Counted from the first letter of the stretch, positions 48,490-64,000 are shown. The stretch is DNA of 64,000 nucleotides from the human T2T-CHM13v2.0 reference genome, Homo sapiens (GCF_009914755.1 NC_060940.1), one strand, 5' to 3'. Program-made: numbers and translations. Notes: generated by a model from the sequence alone, not told the origin.

Positions 48490-48745
48490 ATTATATTACT
48501 TTCCCTTCTTTCAAGAAGAAACAGTTATCTATTCTTTTTGAGATAAGCCCACGACACATTGCATGCATCTCTTTTAGCATTTTTCACATGGCTCCTCAAT
48601 GATTTTCACATCTATCTGTGTCTCCTAGACGGCAAGCAACCTGAGGATGAGAAGTGCATTGCGTGTTTATTGGCATCTCAGGTTTCTCAAATAACAGGCC
48701 CTTAAAGTCTCTGTAATGATTTCGCAGATGACTGACTGAATGACA
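48490..48745 (+). mobile_element. L2 3' fragment
   Basis: tatctgtgtctcctagacggcaagcaacctgagg...tgactgaatga. Confidence 0.5.
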
Positions 48746-50544
48746 CTGAAATTGCCACTAGTTGGCAAAAGTGTTTTTGCTTCCTTCATTGAGGAGGGAG
48801 AAAAGGAGGTAACAGGTGAAACACAGGGGCTTGAGGGTCAGAGTGACATTCAGAGAGATATAGAGGAGATAGGTGGATGTTATCTTGCACACTCAGCTCC
48901 ATAAAGTTGTACGAAGGACAAGCTAACATTAAGCGGAATCTGTAAGGCTATTTCTAAATAGATTATTCAATTACAGACATTTCTCCTGAATATAAGAGTT
49001 GCATACTGATTCACAGTAAAGGATACTTGGTAGCGTCAAATCTTTGATGTTTTCTGGGAAACAAAGAATGTGTTCAGCGAATGCTCTTTCATGCATAGAA
49101 TACGATCAGTGCTATTCACCAGGTGACTCTTAAAGTGTCACAGAAAGACGTGAAGCTTCTGAGGGTGAAAAATTGCATCCAAAATATGCCTTTGATTTGC
49201 TTAAGGCACGTTAGAGGGAAGCATTCAGAATAGGAATGAAGTTTTAAAAGGACACTAACGAAAATAAGAAGCAACTTTAATATCTTCACTGTTGAACATC
49301 AGGAGGTATTTTACTAAGTGGCTTAAACGGAAAATATTTTTTTAAAAAGGAAAAGGATGACAGGCATTATCGAGCTGAACTGCAGAAAGAGTTTTAGGTA
49401 AATCCTCAGTGGTATTGTAGAAAGAAGTATTATCAACTCCTGGAATCATAGCACAGTGTCCATACATATTCAGGGCAAATTTTTCCTCAAATGTCAGCAT
49501 ATTACATTGCAAGTTTATATCTGATTTTCTGTCTGTTCTCATATCTTGGTCTCTTTTGGAATTGTTGATTTCAAACCATACTTTCCCCTCCCCCTGACTG
49601 GGTAACACTGAATATTTAGGGCGCTAAGAAATCAAAACCCAGAAGTTGTCAGTACTGAGGCACCTGCTGTGTACCTGCCCTGAATGTGTGAGTGGAAGAC
49701 AGAAGCCTATGTTGGTGGAATTCATGTGGCAGTGAGAAAAGATAAATGTGACACAGTAGCCCCTACTCTCCATAGGGGATGAAATGATTATAAACAGGGA
49801 GTACTACTCCAGGGGTGTTTGTAGATATGCAAGGAAGACTCTTCAGGCCGTTTTCATTTTGGGGGAGTAGAAAAATAAAGCAAAGCCATAAAACGATGGC
49901 TATGTGAAAAGATGGACTAAAGAGAGGAGATGGCATAACTGAAAAAAAAAGTTGCCTTTTTGAATACATCTAAAACGCAATGGCTGAGGGGCATCTTCCT
50001 AGTCCGTCTCCTTGTGCCATTTGTGTACCTCCCACAAAAAAGGAAAAAAAAAAAAAAAGAAAGAAAAACCAGGATGGTTTTCAGTTGACTGCAATCCCTT
50101 ATGCCCTTCCGCAGATCCTGAACCACACACAAGCCTCTCTTGGTTAGTGTGATATGTTAAGCATGTGACCAATTATCACATAACAATCCTCACAACCACA
50201 CACTGGAAAAAATGATCATCACTAGTTTTATAAATGACTTAAGATTTTTTTTTGAATGGATGCTCACTAATGTACTAAATCCCACACCCACCAGCACCAT
50301 AACAGTTCTGGGAACATTCGTATTTGGTGTAAAAATGAGTGACACCATGGTTCTGAGAAATCTTCACTTTTTTCCAGAAATCTTTTTGAATATTCTACCC
50401 TTTGGTTAAAGAAACCTGTAAAGATAGGAACCCCAAACTTGAGTATGTCCGAACTCCCTTTTCTTGAGTGTGTATTTTAGCTTTGCTGTTAATTCCCATA
50501 CTTTCAGTATTCCCTGATTTGTTCTTGATTTACCTCTGGTAACA

Positions 50545-50745
50545 AACGGTGTCTAAAAGCCTGGACACTGGCCTGGGTAAAGGTCCCGCTTGCATTTGGG
50601 GATCTCTCTTATCCCACTGGTGTCACTTAGACAGATGGCGTTATTTCTCTGAAACCCTTTCTTATATTAAAATGAGAATAATCATAGTTTCATAAAGTCA
50701 TTTTAAGGATTGGCTATGATATGTCAAGTATTTAGCATAAATATA
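50545..50745 (+). mobile_element. MIR
   Basis: ttatttctctgaaaccc...aaaatgagaataatcatag...ttttaaggatt. Confidence 0.6.
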
Positions 50746-51739
50746 GGATGAATGAAGGGCAGTGGTGGTGCTGGTGGTGATGACGATGGTGTTGAAGATA
50801 ATGATGCTTAATATGCCTATGCAAGAGGGAAGGGAGAAGCAAGTCTGATTTTTCCATCTTCTTTTAGAAATGCTGCCATCAGCAAAATTCATACTAGCCA
50901 AGAGAGATTATGTGTGGTTCAGGATCTCTGGAAGAGCATCAGGGATTGCAATGAACTGAGAACCATCCTAGGTTGGTGTGGGGGGTCCACAAAAGGCACA
51001 GGAGACGGACTAGGAAGAATGTTCCTCAGACAATGAGATTTTGGTTACACATATTCAAATCTGTGTGAATCTGGCATCAGGAGAAACAGCTCATTAGTAT
51101 TTAATGCTGACACCGTGAATTCTGAATTATTTTGTGTCAATTAAACCTCATAAGATAACTGTGAGCTAAGGGTGCTTAACAAGGTATGAGGTGTTGAGGA
51201 CACAGAAGAGTGCAGTATGTTTGATGGTCCTGCTTGAGCCATTTGCTCCAATTGGATCTGGTAAAAGTAGCGTGCTTGGAGACATATAAACATTTTAAAG
51301 AGACGGGAGACGTTTGATTGGACCTGAATAGAACTGCCATCTGTAAGAGATTCTGCACAAGTCCTGTGGGCAAAAGGTGAGTGAAAACTATAGGAGGCAA
51401 GTTTCAGGTTAGCACAAGGGGATAGAAATACCTAATAATCATAATAAAATTTATAGTAATACTAATAAAAGTATTTTAAGGTAGCATGGGCCACTAAATG
51501 TGTCCTATCCTTTCCTTAAAAGCATCCAAAAGATGCCAGGTATCCACTAAAAATATATATATTTTTAGAAGGAAAGACCTGCTGTGAGTGCAATATTGAG
51601 CTATATTACTCAAAGATTACCTTCAACCCCAAGATTTAAGAACTTTGATAGAGTAAGCTATTCATTTTACATGGTGTTTGTATTTTCACTTTATTAATAC
51701 CTCCAATAGGTTGACTCTGCGAGTGCTGGCAAAACACAG

Positions 51740-52395
51740 TGAAGAAAACCAAAATATTTCACTACAAAATATACTTCTTTGACATATTAACAGAAGTTGC
51801 CTTGCAATGCTGTTTTATGTGGGGGGAGATTTGCATCTGTAGAGAATCTGTACTCTACCCCTTTCCCCTAACCTGGCCACGTCTTTGAGTTCTTATATTT
51901 TGTATGACTCATATGCATGTTATTAGATGCATATGCCTTTTCTCCTATGTTAAAAGAAAAATATTAGACAAATTAAATTTAACAATTTAATTGAGTAAAG
52001 AACAATTTGCAAATCAAGCAGCCTATACCCTGAGCCAGAATAGCTTTAGAGACTCCTGTGCTGTCCTTTGGTTGGAGAGGATTTATGGACAGAAAAGTGC
52101 CATAAACGAAACAGAAGTGAGGTACAGAAACAGCTGGATGGGTTACAGCTCAGTGTTTTTCTTATTTGGTTGGTGCCCTGTGATTGGCCAACACTTGATG
52201 ATTAGTACAAAATGAGTTACAGCGCATTTATGTATAGTTTACAGGTCACTGTATATGGAGAAACCTTTAGGCCATACTTCCGAGGAGACAGCTTTAGGTT
52301 AAACTTAATTTAACACCTATTAATCTGCCTTTTGCCAATTGACTTTTCAGTGAATCTTCAGGGGGCAAAGGGGAAGTTTTCCCTTGGCCGCTACA
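51740..52395 (+). mobile_element. ERV1 solo LTR (MER34-like), internally deleted and split by a second LTR
   Basis: TG start tgaagaaaaccaaaatattt; end ggcaaagggaagttttcccttggccgctaCA. Confidence 0.75.
51948..52315 (-). mobile_element. ERV1 solo LTR (MER57-like) nested in the MER34-like LTR
   Basis: TGTTAA...TTAACA termini; 4 bp TSD ccta at 51944-51947 and 52316-52319. Confidence 0.85.
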
Positions 52396-52719
52396 ACAAA
52401 GATGGGCAAAATAGCAACTCTTACCATTATAAATTTTTAACTAAGTATGTAAACTTAACTTTTCTTAAAAGAAATAACCAAATCCCATCCTAACATGTAT
52501 CTTGTGTTTTAAAAGTATCTATTTTATTCTTTCCCTGCCTTAGTCTAATTAATGGCTGCTGGGTATTGTAAGCAGGTCAGGTGTATTCTTCAAGTATTTT
52601 ATGCATAATAGAGGTTGAGATAATGTTTTTAATCTAAGGTAACAGAGATGATTATTACTTAATAAATGGCTCTGACTTTGTGTATTTGTGCAAATTTAAG
52701 AGCTAGAAAATCATGTTTG

Positions 52720-54160
<1,441 letters not shown>

Positions 54161-54912
54161 GCTAAAAATGTAATAAAATAAAATCTTAATGATTGCCAAG
54201 AGCGGAATGAATTACAACTATAATCTCATTGCCACTCAGGAGTAGGGAATTAGAATAGTCTAATGGTGTCTATGGCATGTGTGAGGTGGACACTTCCATA
54301 CGATGAGGAGCGTTTTCTATAAATGATTGACTGGGTCCTATCTCTGGTGTGTGACTGGAACATCCTGGATGCCACACGTACCCCAAAGTGGGTAGCACAC
54401 AAATTTACATTTGCATCCATCTGTGTCTTTTTGACTATCTCTGTTATTAGTCTCCTGGTGGCTCACCATCCATGGGAAAATGAAGCAGCTCAGAAATGAA
54501 CTCATTAGCTCTCTTATGCATCTAATAAGGCGGTGATAACTACAGATTTCAATCTGTAGTCCCCTGTAGAGTAATTCTCATTTTTCTAACCTGTCATCAG
54601 ATAACATTAAGGTCTCAGTGAAAAACAATTGTCTTTCCAAATCGTCTTTCGGGTAGCTAAAAGTAAGAATTAGGCCACTTATTTGTCTGATTTTCCTAAC
54701 TAGAGGTAATAAGCTTGTAAGGAAAATAAAATTTGGTAATTATACATATCAAATGTCTAACATGTTCTCTGGAAAGGTAAATTATATGTTGTCATACAAA
54801 CATACAATAGGCAGAATTTCTCAATTACTGTGTAATGAACATTCTGAGAGGAAGGCAGAAGAATATGAAAATGTAACTACAACATCTTAATACATGACAT
54901 TCTGGTGTCTTT

Positions 54913-54945
54913 TTTTGCATTTTCTTTTTTTATTTTTGTTGTTAC

Positions 54946-54988
<43 letters not shown>

Positions 54989-55093
54989 GAGACAGGGTCT
55001 CGGTCTGTCATCCAGACTGGAATGCAGTGGCACAATCTTGGCTCACCACAACCTTGGCCTCCTGGGCTTAAGTGATCCTCCTACCTCAGCCTC
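54913..55093 (-). mobile_element. 5'-truncated AluJ-like fragment with (TTA)n tail
   Basis: 15 bp TSD cattctggtgtcttt at 54898-54912 and 55094-55108. Confidence 0.92.
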
Positions 55094-56256
55094 CATTCTG
55101 GTGTCTTTAATTGAACCCCTGAAACAAAATTCTCTACTATTCCCACCCCCACAAATATTATGTGACAAGTATTTTACAATCACTTCTATTTCAGAGGAAT
55201 TCTAGATATTCCTGCACTGGAATGTTATAGCAATGTCTTAGATTAATTACTCAAAACATTTCAGCAATCACAAGATTTGATTTATAATCACCAATAAACC
55301 ATATATAATTAATATTGATGACATATGAAATGTAGCTTCCATTGTGTACATTTATCCAATAATGGCATGAGATGGTCACTATCCTGATTGTAAGTTTTAC
55401 TGAAGGTCATGTGGTAAGTCAGGAGTGTTCTTCACAAACAGAAATATCTCAGGTAATGAATTGAATTTTAAGCCTTTGAATGATGACACATACATACACA
55501 ACCTGAATTTTTTAAGCCTTTCAGCAAGTATAAATCAAAGCACATTCAATGTTTAGGCTTGGAAATTCAGCTCAGCTTCAAGTTGGGCTTTGTGGTTGAT
55601 TATCCTTTTCCAAACTGTTCAAAGACATCATCAATCAGATTTGAGAATCCTGGAATGAGTATTAAACTCAGCACATGAGTAGATTAGAGTCCAGCAATGA
55701 AAAGAAATGTATATTTTGATTTATTTCATTAGGGTTGCTTTCTGAAGACATTACAGATTGCAAAACTGTTCTCCTGCATTACCATGATGAGATCATTCTG
55801 CAGAAGTGGTGCTAATGTCTGTATTTAACAGAGAACGTTTGCAGTGATAGATAGAAACCAAAACATAAAATCTGCAAATCAATATGTTTCTGGTTATTTC
55901 TAAGTGTTACCCACATTTGCTGGAGACTGAATCTACTTTCAACCAGGGAAAATATATTAGCAAGAACATCCTGAGAATTAAATTATAAATGTCTGTTATA
56001 GATTTTCAATGTTTCGCAATCATGATCTTGTGAATAGTTATTTCCTGTGGCTTTGGCCCATTGCAGTTTACAATTTTTTCTTTCCCAATAGCTAACTATG
56101 AAGTGGACGGTAGTAACTATGATCATTATTTTTTTCTTTTTTATCCTTTGCTTTCTACATTGCTCTTGATGTCTTAATAGAAACACATCTTATTAGAGTA
56201 ACATCACTGTCAGTCATTTTATAAACTGCTGATACTAGAATCAGGTCTAAAAGCTA

Positions 56257-56481
56257 GCTCATGCCTGTAATCCCAGCACTTTGGGAGGCCGAGGCAGGCA
56301 GATCACGAGGTCAGGAGTTCGAGACCAACCTAGCCAACATGGTGAAACCACATCTCTACTAAAAATACAAAAATTAGCCGGGTGTGGTGGTTGTGCGCCT
56401 GTAATCCCAGCTACTCAAGAAGCTGAGGCAGGAGAATCCCTTGAACCCGGGAGGTGGAGGTTGCAGTGAGCTAAGATCACG
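56257..56481 (+). mobile_element. AluSg-like lacking 5' tip, 3' end and polyA
   Basis: Starts gctcatgcctgt, ends gctaagatcacg; no tail or TSD. Confidence 0.93.
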
Positions 56482-56699
56482 TTGTGTAATCTTATGAAGT
56501 TTATCAGCCTTTTGGAAGGTCTTGGTCTGGTCCCTAAGGTTATGTTAGATCCTTGACATCTACTAAATTCCATTAAATGATGCACCCTGAAGGACGCAGG
56601 AAGCATTGACATTAGAGTAAAGGAATAACTGACATTAAAGTAAACGAATAATTGTCTAAAATTTAGGCCAATGCTAGTAATTATAATAATAAACAACTG

Positions 56700-56935
56700 A
56701 TGGTATTTGAACTTTTCCTATATGATATGCCAGATGGAAATACTTATTTAACATGGATGATCTTAATTCTCATGATCTGCTCAACCTTATGAGGTAGGTA
56801 CTATTATTAACCTGATTTAGAAGTTGGGAAACTGAGGCTAAGGAAAGTAACATCTCCCCCAAAGTAGTATGACTGCTAAGAGTCAATATTAGGATCTGGT
56901 TGTAAGCATCTACCTTCAGGAATAGCACTTGTAAC
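56700..56935 (-). mobile_element. MIR
   Basis: aaccttatgaggtaggtactattatt...ggaaactgaggct core. Confidence 0.8.
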
Positions 56936-57965
56936 GCAGCTGTGCGAAGACCAGCTGTCTGAGTGTCTGTGTAGAGGCATGTGAAAATGCCACATGATGT
57001 TTTACCAAACATGTTCTGGTCTCACCCAAAGCACCTGGGACCAGTCTGGCAGCATGGTGCCCTGGTTGGATGGGTAAGGATGCAATAGAAGAAAAGAGAG
57101 AGATGAAAGTATTTTTTCTTATCCATATTAATTAGACTACTAAGGACCCTGACTTGTAGTACAGTTAAATGGTATTCAAACTAGAAATGCTTAAAATTCT
57201 TTGGCAATCATTTAAAAATTGTGAAGAATATTTTTTCACTTCCCTCTAAGGGCCATTTGTTCTCACATTCTAGTATGTTAATTCAATAGAGTTGTTGGCA
57301 TAAACAAAGGCGATTGATGTTATAGGCTAGTTTTAACACGATCTCATTCATAAGAATATTAAATTATTTTAGGCAAAGTGGCTGTGTCAAACTGAATAGA
57401 AATAAAAGGAAAGTGGTAATTAGACTATGTTAAAATATAACCTCCGAGGATATAAAGTATGCAAGAGCTCATCCATGAAAAATTAGACTGCAAGAGGTTA
57501 TACCACATGTTAGGTTATTTTGTAAGATATCAAATTACTTCTCATGAATAAATATGACTAATAATGGTAACTATAATTTAATGCTATAATATTAAAAATA
57601 CTTTTTGACTTAAAAAAACCAAACTAATTATATATTTGATCCTTTTTATTACCCAATATTAAGTTAATATGAGTTAAATGAATCATTTCTGCTAACTTTA
57701 CCAAACTTTGAGAGATTCTACATTTTAAACCCTATCTACAACATATTTTAATAAATACTACTTAATGAATACTGAGATTTAAATTTCAAATGGAAATAAT
57801 ACACAAATTATTTTACCTTGTGGTAAGTATGTCAAGTAGCCTGACAGAGTAAAATGAGGGTCTTTCTTATGTGTCCGGTATTTTGCTAGGTCCTGAGGTT
57901 ATATGACAAAATAAGAAAAGATAAAACAATTGCAAAGAGTTAGTCATATTTTAAAAACTTACCAT

Positions 57966-58450
57966 TTTATATATATATATACAGACACATATATATATAC
58001 ACACACACATATGTATGGCTGCACTCCAGCCCAGGTGACAGTGCAAGACTCCGTTGCAAAAAAAAATATATCAGTATACACACACACATATATATATATA
58101 TACACACACACATATGTGTATGTATACACATATATACATATATACACATATATACATAAGGTTGAGCAGATCATGAGAATTAAATAAGATCATCCATGTT
58201 TATATATGTGTATATATATGTGTATATATATACTGAAATACTTATTTAACATGGATGATCTTATTTAATTTTCGTGATCTGCTCAACCTTATGTATATAT
58301 GTGTATATATATATATACACACATATGTGTGTGTATGTGTATATATGTGTGTGTATATATATATATTTTTGAATATATACACACATATGTATATATGTGT
58401 ATATATATGTGTGTGTATGTATATATATATGTGTGTGTATATATATATAT
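57966..58450. repeat. Complex (TA)n/(TG)n/(CA)n tract with embedded inverted duplications
   Basis: Direct reading; see findings. Confidence 0.95.
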
Positions 58451-58737
58451 TTTTTTTTTGCAACAGAGTCTTGCACTGTCACCTGGGCTGGAGTGCAATG
58501 GCGCGATCTTGGTTCACTACCTCTGCTTCCTGGGTTCAAGGGATTCTCCTACCTCAACCTTCCGAATAGCTGGGATTACAGGTGCCCACCACCACGCCCA
58601 GCTAACTTTCTGTATTTTTAGTAGAGACGGGGTTTCGCCATGTTGGCCAGGCTGGTCTCTAACTACTGATCTCGTGATTTGCCTGCCTCAGCCTCCCAAA
58701 CTGCTGGGATTACAGGTGTGAGCCACCATGCCCGGCC
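58450..58737 (-). mobile_element. AluS
   Basis: Full dimer with small deletion; tail grades into the TA-rich tract. Confidence 0.93.
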
Positions 58738-59023
58738 CCTTTTAATATTTTTAGCTGTGAAAATAATGCATCAAATATGATGACATCCCTGTCTCATTGA
58801 TGTGAAGAACCCCCACGGGGAAATAGGCTAAGGAAAAGGAAGAATCTATGAGGGGATGGATGGAAGTGTACAGAGAAGGTGCTGTCCATTAGATTCTGGG
58901 TAGCTGATAGTCTGGGTGCTGGTTTGCTTTGAATTTCTCTCTTTCGAGGTTTTGCTCAACCTCTTCCCCATCTTGCTTTTGTCTCATGTTCATCTGCTTT
59001 GTCATTTCACTTGCTTACAATAC

Positions 59024-59563
59024 TGTCGGAGGCGTTTGAACCAGAGAGACTCCATCTTGAAGAGGGGCTGGATAAAATAAGGCTGAGACCTACTGGGCTG
59101 CATTCCCAGACTGTTAGGCATTCTAAGTCACAGGATGATATAGGAGGTTGGCACAAGGTAGATACAAGTCATAAAGACCTTGCTGATAAAGCAGGTCTCA
59201 GTAAAGAAGCCATCCAAAACCCACCATAACCAAGATGGTGAACAGAGTGACCTCTGGTCATCCTCAATGCTATACACCCACCATGCCATGACAATTTATA
59301 AATGCCATGGCAATGTCTGGAAGTTACCGTATATGGTCTACAAAGGGGAGGCATGAATAATCCACCCCTTGTTTAGCATATCATCAAGAAATAACCATAA
59401 AAATAACCCTTGGGGCTGTTCTGTCTATGGAGTAGCCATTCTTTTATTCCTTTATTTTCATGATAAACTTGCTGTCACTTTGCGAACTCACCCTTAATTC
59501 TTTCTTGCATGAGATCCAAGAACCCTTTCTTGGGATCTGGATCAGAACCCCTTTCCAGTAACA
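59024..59563 (+). mobile_element. MER41A-like ERV1 solo LTR
   Basis: tgtcggaggcgtttgaaccagag...actccatcttg...gagatccaagaaccc...agtaaCA; TSD ata(c/t). Confidence 0.9.
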
Positions 59564-59587
59564 ATATCATTTGCAGAAAATTCTTAG

Positions 59588-60806
59588 TAGTGAGGGCACT
59601 AAGAGAATACTTCCCCTTTGCCATCTGTTGACTGAAAATCATTGACAAGAGGCAGATCCATAGGAGAAAAGGCATACAAATTTTCCTGGTCATGGTTTTA
59701 TGTGACATGGGAGTCTTTAGAATGAAGACCCAAAGATACAGGGGAAACTGTTCATTTTTATGCATGGGTTCAACAACATATGGACAGCCATGTAGAAATA
59801 TTTCGGGACAAAAATGAAACCACCCTGACAGGGTTGACAAGAATTGCATGTCAGTTTCTTGACAGAAATATAGTTATAATTAAGCATGAATCAGGCTGCA
59901 TTCTGGCCTGTTTCCTTGTTGCTGAAAGTCAGGTAATACCAGATACCGACCCTTTCCATCCCCATTGTTCCTATAGATAGGAGTTCTGACATTAGAGTCA
60001 CAAGAATGATTAAGAATTGATTTGCATCCCCATTGTTCCCACAGACAGGATTCTGACATTAGAATCATAAGGCTCCTGTTTAAGGATCCTTGGAGATGTT
60101 TTTTAGACACCGAATTCCCGAACCCAGTTTGAGGACTCCCACAGAGGAACAGGATCAGCATGTGGATACAACTTCTTCCTCTCCCTGTTCCATGACTTCA
60201 CCCTGCACTCTTCAACAATCAGTGATCTCTGATCACCACACTTCAGCCCACTCCAAAATCCTTAAAAACTTAACCCCAAGTTCCTCAGGGAGATGGATTT
60301 GAGGTTTCCTCCTGTCTCCTCATTCGAGGGCCCTACTATTAAACCTCTTTCTCTGCTGAAAGCTGGTGTCTTGGTGTATTGACTTGCCATGGGTATCAGG
60401 CAATGAACCTATTAGGGTCAAAAAAAGGTTGTAACCTAATGCTAACAGACTTAGTGGCAATATCCAGCAAGACCTGTCTATCTAGATTCGTCTTGGCCTC
60501 TCTGCACATTCATTTCTCTTCTCTGAGCATGGAACATGACCCTCTCTGGAATAGGGGTCTTATGACTATAACGAAACAAGGTAGGTCAGATAATTTCTGT
60601 AAGGCCAGGTTTTACACAGGAAGGTAGGGAGGGAAATTGGAGTAATATTTTTAGGGTTTGTGGCTGGCTTGGGAGAAAAGGGGTTCTAGTTTTTTATGAC
60701 TAGCCTCAGGGGAGAATGAGGGGCCAGAGACAGGAGGTCAGGGGAAGGTCAGAGAGAGTTGCTTCTGAGGACTTCATTATGTGGTATCATTTTCTCAGAC
60801 CCTACA
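59588..60806 (-). mobile_element. MER39-like ERV1 solo LTR split by a nested LTR
   Basis: aggagaaaaggcatacaaattt...tcattttctcagaccctaca; TSD ttag. Confidence 0.75.
59815..60420 (+). mobile_element. Nested ERV1-class solo LTR (subfamily not assigned)
   Basis: TGAAACC...CA termini, ATTAAA polyA signal, TSD aaaa, internal ~68 bp tandem duplication (59953-60075). Confidence 0.8.
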
Positions 60807-61487
60807 TTAGCTAAAGAAACCATTGAGTAAGTTTCCTAGTAAAAAACTCCATCCCATGCACTTCTCAGGCCCAAGGATGAACAGATAAAACTACTGGCAC
60901 TCTGCCTTTCCTTAACTATATTTAAGCCTATTGGGAAAATACACATAACAGCAAATAATCCAAATGCAGCAAGGCATCCGTCCCACTGTTTATAGAGTGA
61001 AGTAAGAACTGAGAAGGAAAATAAACTCAAATCAGTCAGGGGAAGGTCAGAAATTTTTCACAGAAAGCCAAGCATTTAAACTGATGATTAAAAGTTTCGT
61101 AGGTACTTACTAGAAAGTCTAGCATAAATCAGGCAGCCTAAGTGAAGAGAAATAGTGGGAAAAGTGAATGGGGGTAGTGGACAGCATAAAATATTTGGGA
61201 AATTCAAAGTTTAGCATTCCTGGAGTATGAAGCTGCATGGGTGTTGGATTTAGCAGTGGAAGGAGTTTAGTCTATGGGGATACACAGAATTATTCCTATG
61301 GAGAGTGCTGTAAATATCCAGCTGCAGGCTTCTTACCATTGTTCAAACTTCAGTGCTGTGTTTATAATCGCCAAAGGCACATTTGTCTGGAATTTCAAAT
61401 ATCACACATCTACAGAATGATGTCATAATTTCTCCTAAATCTACTCCTTCTCTTGTGCTAGGAACATTTTTTTAAAACCACACTATA

Positions 61488-62518
<1,031 letters not shown>

Positions 62519-62578
62519 AATCTCAAAGTCATATTGATAGGCTTTACCTCCCCAAGCCTGCCTATATCACTAGTAGCC

Positions 62579-64000
62579 TGTGATATTGTGAAATACAGCC
62601 ATCCCTTGGTGTCCCTGGGGGCTTAGTTCCAGGACCCCCTGCAGATACGAAAATCCATGAATGCTCAAGTCTCATATACAATGCTATAGTATTTGCATAT
62701 AAGCTATGCACATCCTCCTGTATATTTTAAATCATCTCTAGATTACTTATAATAACTAACATGATGTAAATACTATGTAAATATTTGTTATACTGTATTA
62801 TTTAGGAATTAATGACCAAAAAAAGTCCATACATGTAGTACATGTTCAGTACAGATGCAACCATCCTTTTTTTTTCCTCAAATACTTTCGGTCCAAAATC
62901 GGTTGAATCCACAGATATGGAACCCATAGATACTGAGGGCTGACTGCATATATTTTGGATTTGATCCGCAGTTCCTGGCTCAGAGGTCCTAAAACCTCTG
63001 TAACTCTTAAGTGACTACACCAATAGAAGTATCCTTTGTTAGAATATTTGGCCTTTTGTCCTGGATTGTAGAACAGCTCTGGAGTGATAAAGGAAAGAGG
63101 AGTGTCTTTTGTTATCCCTGACAAAACCAATGATGTTGTTAAAAGACTGGAACTTTCAACCCTACCTCCACCTCCAGGGAGAAAAGAAGGACTGAAAGGC
63201 GAGTTGATCACCAGTGGCCAATGATTTAATCAATCATGTCCGTGAAATGAAGCCTCCAGCAACCCAGAGGACTGGGTGTAGTGAGCTTCCAGGCCAGGGA
63301 ATATGGTTGTATCCCCTCTGGGACAGAAGCTCTCGTACTCATGATTCATCCAGACCTCACCCTATGTATGTATTGATCTCGCTGTTCATTTGTAGCCTTT
63401 AAAATAGCCTTCTGGACCAATTAGTAATTGGTGAATAAATTATCTATTTTATCCTTGAAAATCAAGCTGCGTCATGACTTCAGATATTTGGTAATATACG
63501 GGTAGATATAAGTAAAGTACTGGTAATATATGAGTAGACATAAGTAAAGTATTTCCCCGAACTCTAGTAAACATAGTAAGGGAAGCCTTCTAACTAGAGT
63601 TTACCAAATTTAAATATATACACAATTGGAGATTTTATTATGTATTACACGTAGACATAAATTTTTTTTCTTTTCATTTAAAATTATGCAACCTAATTTC
63701 AGGCCAAGAATTAGAAGATCCGGAAATCATAATATAATAAATGAATCTTAAGAATTAATTTAGCTGTCCATTTATGTTAGCATTAAAAGAGTTTGAGAAA
63801 TTTAGAAGCAATATCATCTGGATATTGAGAAATAGAGCGATATCAGATGTGATATCTAGTAAAGTGTTTACTAAAGTTTTTTGAGGCACTCTAGTAAATT
63901 AGTTGAATTCCAGTAGGGGTGGTGGGATCTCTGATTTATAGCCAGTTGGTCAGAAGCACCGGTCATAATCTGAGGGTAGTGATTGGCATCTGAAGTGGGG
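62579..64000. mobile_element. MER21-like LTR, split by MER2 and by a mosaic insertion; continues beyond the window
   Basis: tgtgatattgtg...ttcctggctcagaggtcctaaaacc...ccaatgatttaatcaatcatg...gattggcatctgaagtgggg. Confidence 0.8.
62596..62946. mobile_element. MER2 (TcMar-Tigger MITE) inserted in MER21
   Basis: cagccatccct...gagggctgactg terminal inverted repeats; ttccaggaccccc...aaaatccatgaatgctcaagt; TA target on the left. Confidence 0.9.

Noticed and set aside
49342-49608. 88 aa ORF in apparently unique DNA
   Set aside because: Non-ATG start, no recognisable domain or convincing splice sites; length is expected by chance.
55265-57830. Strong isolated donors GTG|GTAAGT near 55413 and 57822
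   Set aside because: No convincing upstream acceptor, so no exon could be defined.
57930-58721. Many overlapping ORFs rich in Y/I/C/V/H/T
   Set aside because: Translation artefacts of stop-free TA/TG/CA microsatellite.
59024-59563. MER41 as an interferon-gamma-inducible STAT1 enhancer
   Set aside because: The sequence is MER41A-like, and I do not see the tandem GAS (TTCnnnGAA) block typical of MER41B.

Overview
Primate (human-like) genomic DNA made up mostly of transposon-derived sequence. I recognise no host protein-coding gene, RNA gene or CpG island, and all long ORFs derive from L1, Alu or microsatellites. The left third is a nested LINE stack: an ancient L1M host is interrupted by a near full-length L1MA4-like element (2977-16650), which contains a full-length L1PA6-like element (5161-11401) and two Alus. 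A second full-length L1PA3/4-like element lies on the minus strand (26558-32699), inverted relative to the first. The right half holds old L1M, MIR, L2, DNA transposon relics and a cluster of nested ERV1/MaLR solo LTRs. The notable signals are structural: (i) apparent gene conversion between the two inverted L1PA copies about 21 kb apart; (ii) templated-insertion and fold-back repair scars, including a ~480 bp imperfect palindrome at 58020-58497 and a perfect 47 bp copy taken from 17.6 kb away; (iii) probable L1 3' transductions; and (iv) open, extended ORF0 frames in both L1PA 5'UTRs, pointing outward toward candidate splice-competent exons. Subfamily names come from recalled consensus motifs and need RepeatMasker/Dfam confirmation. 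I cannot demonstrate a new biological system; the ORF0/antisense-promoter chimera is a testable hypothesis only.
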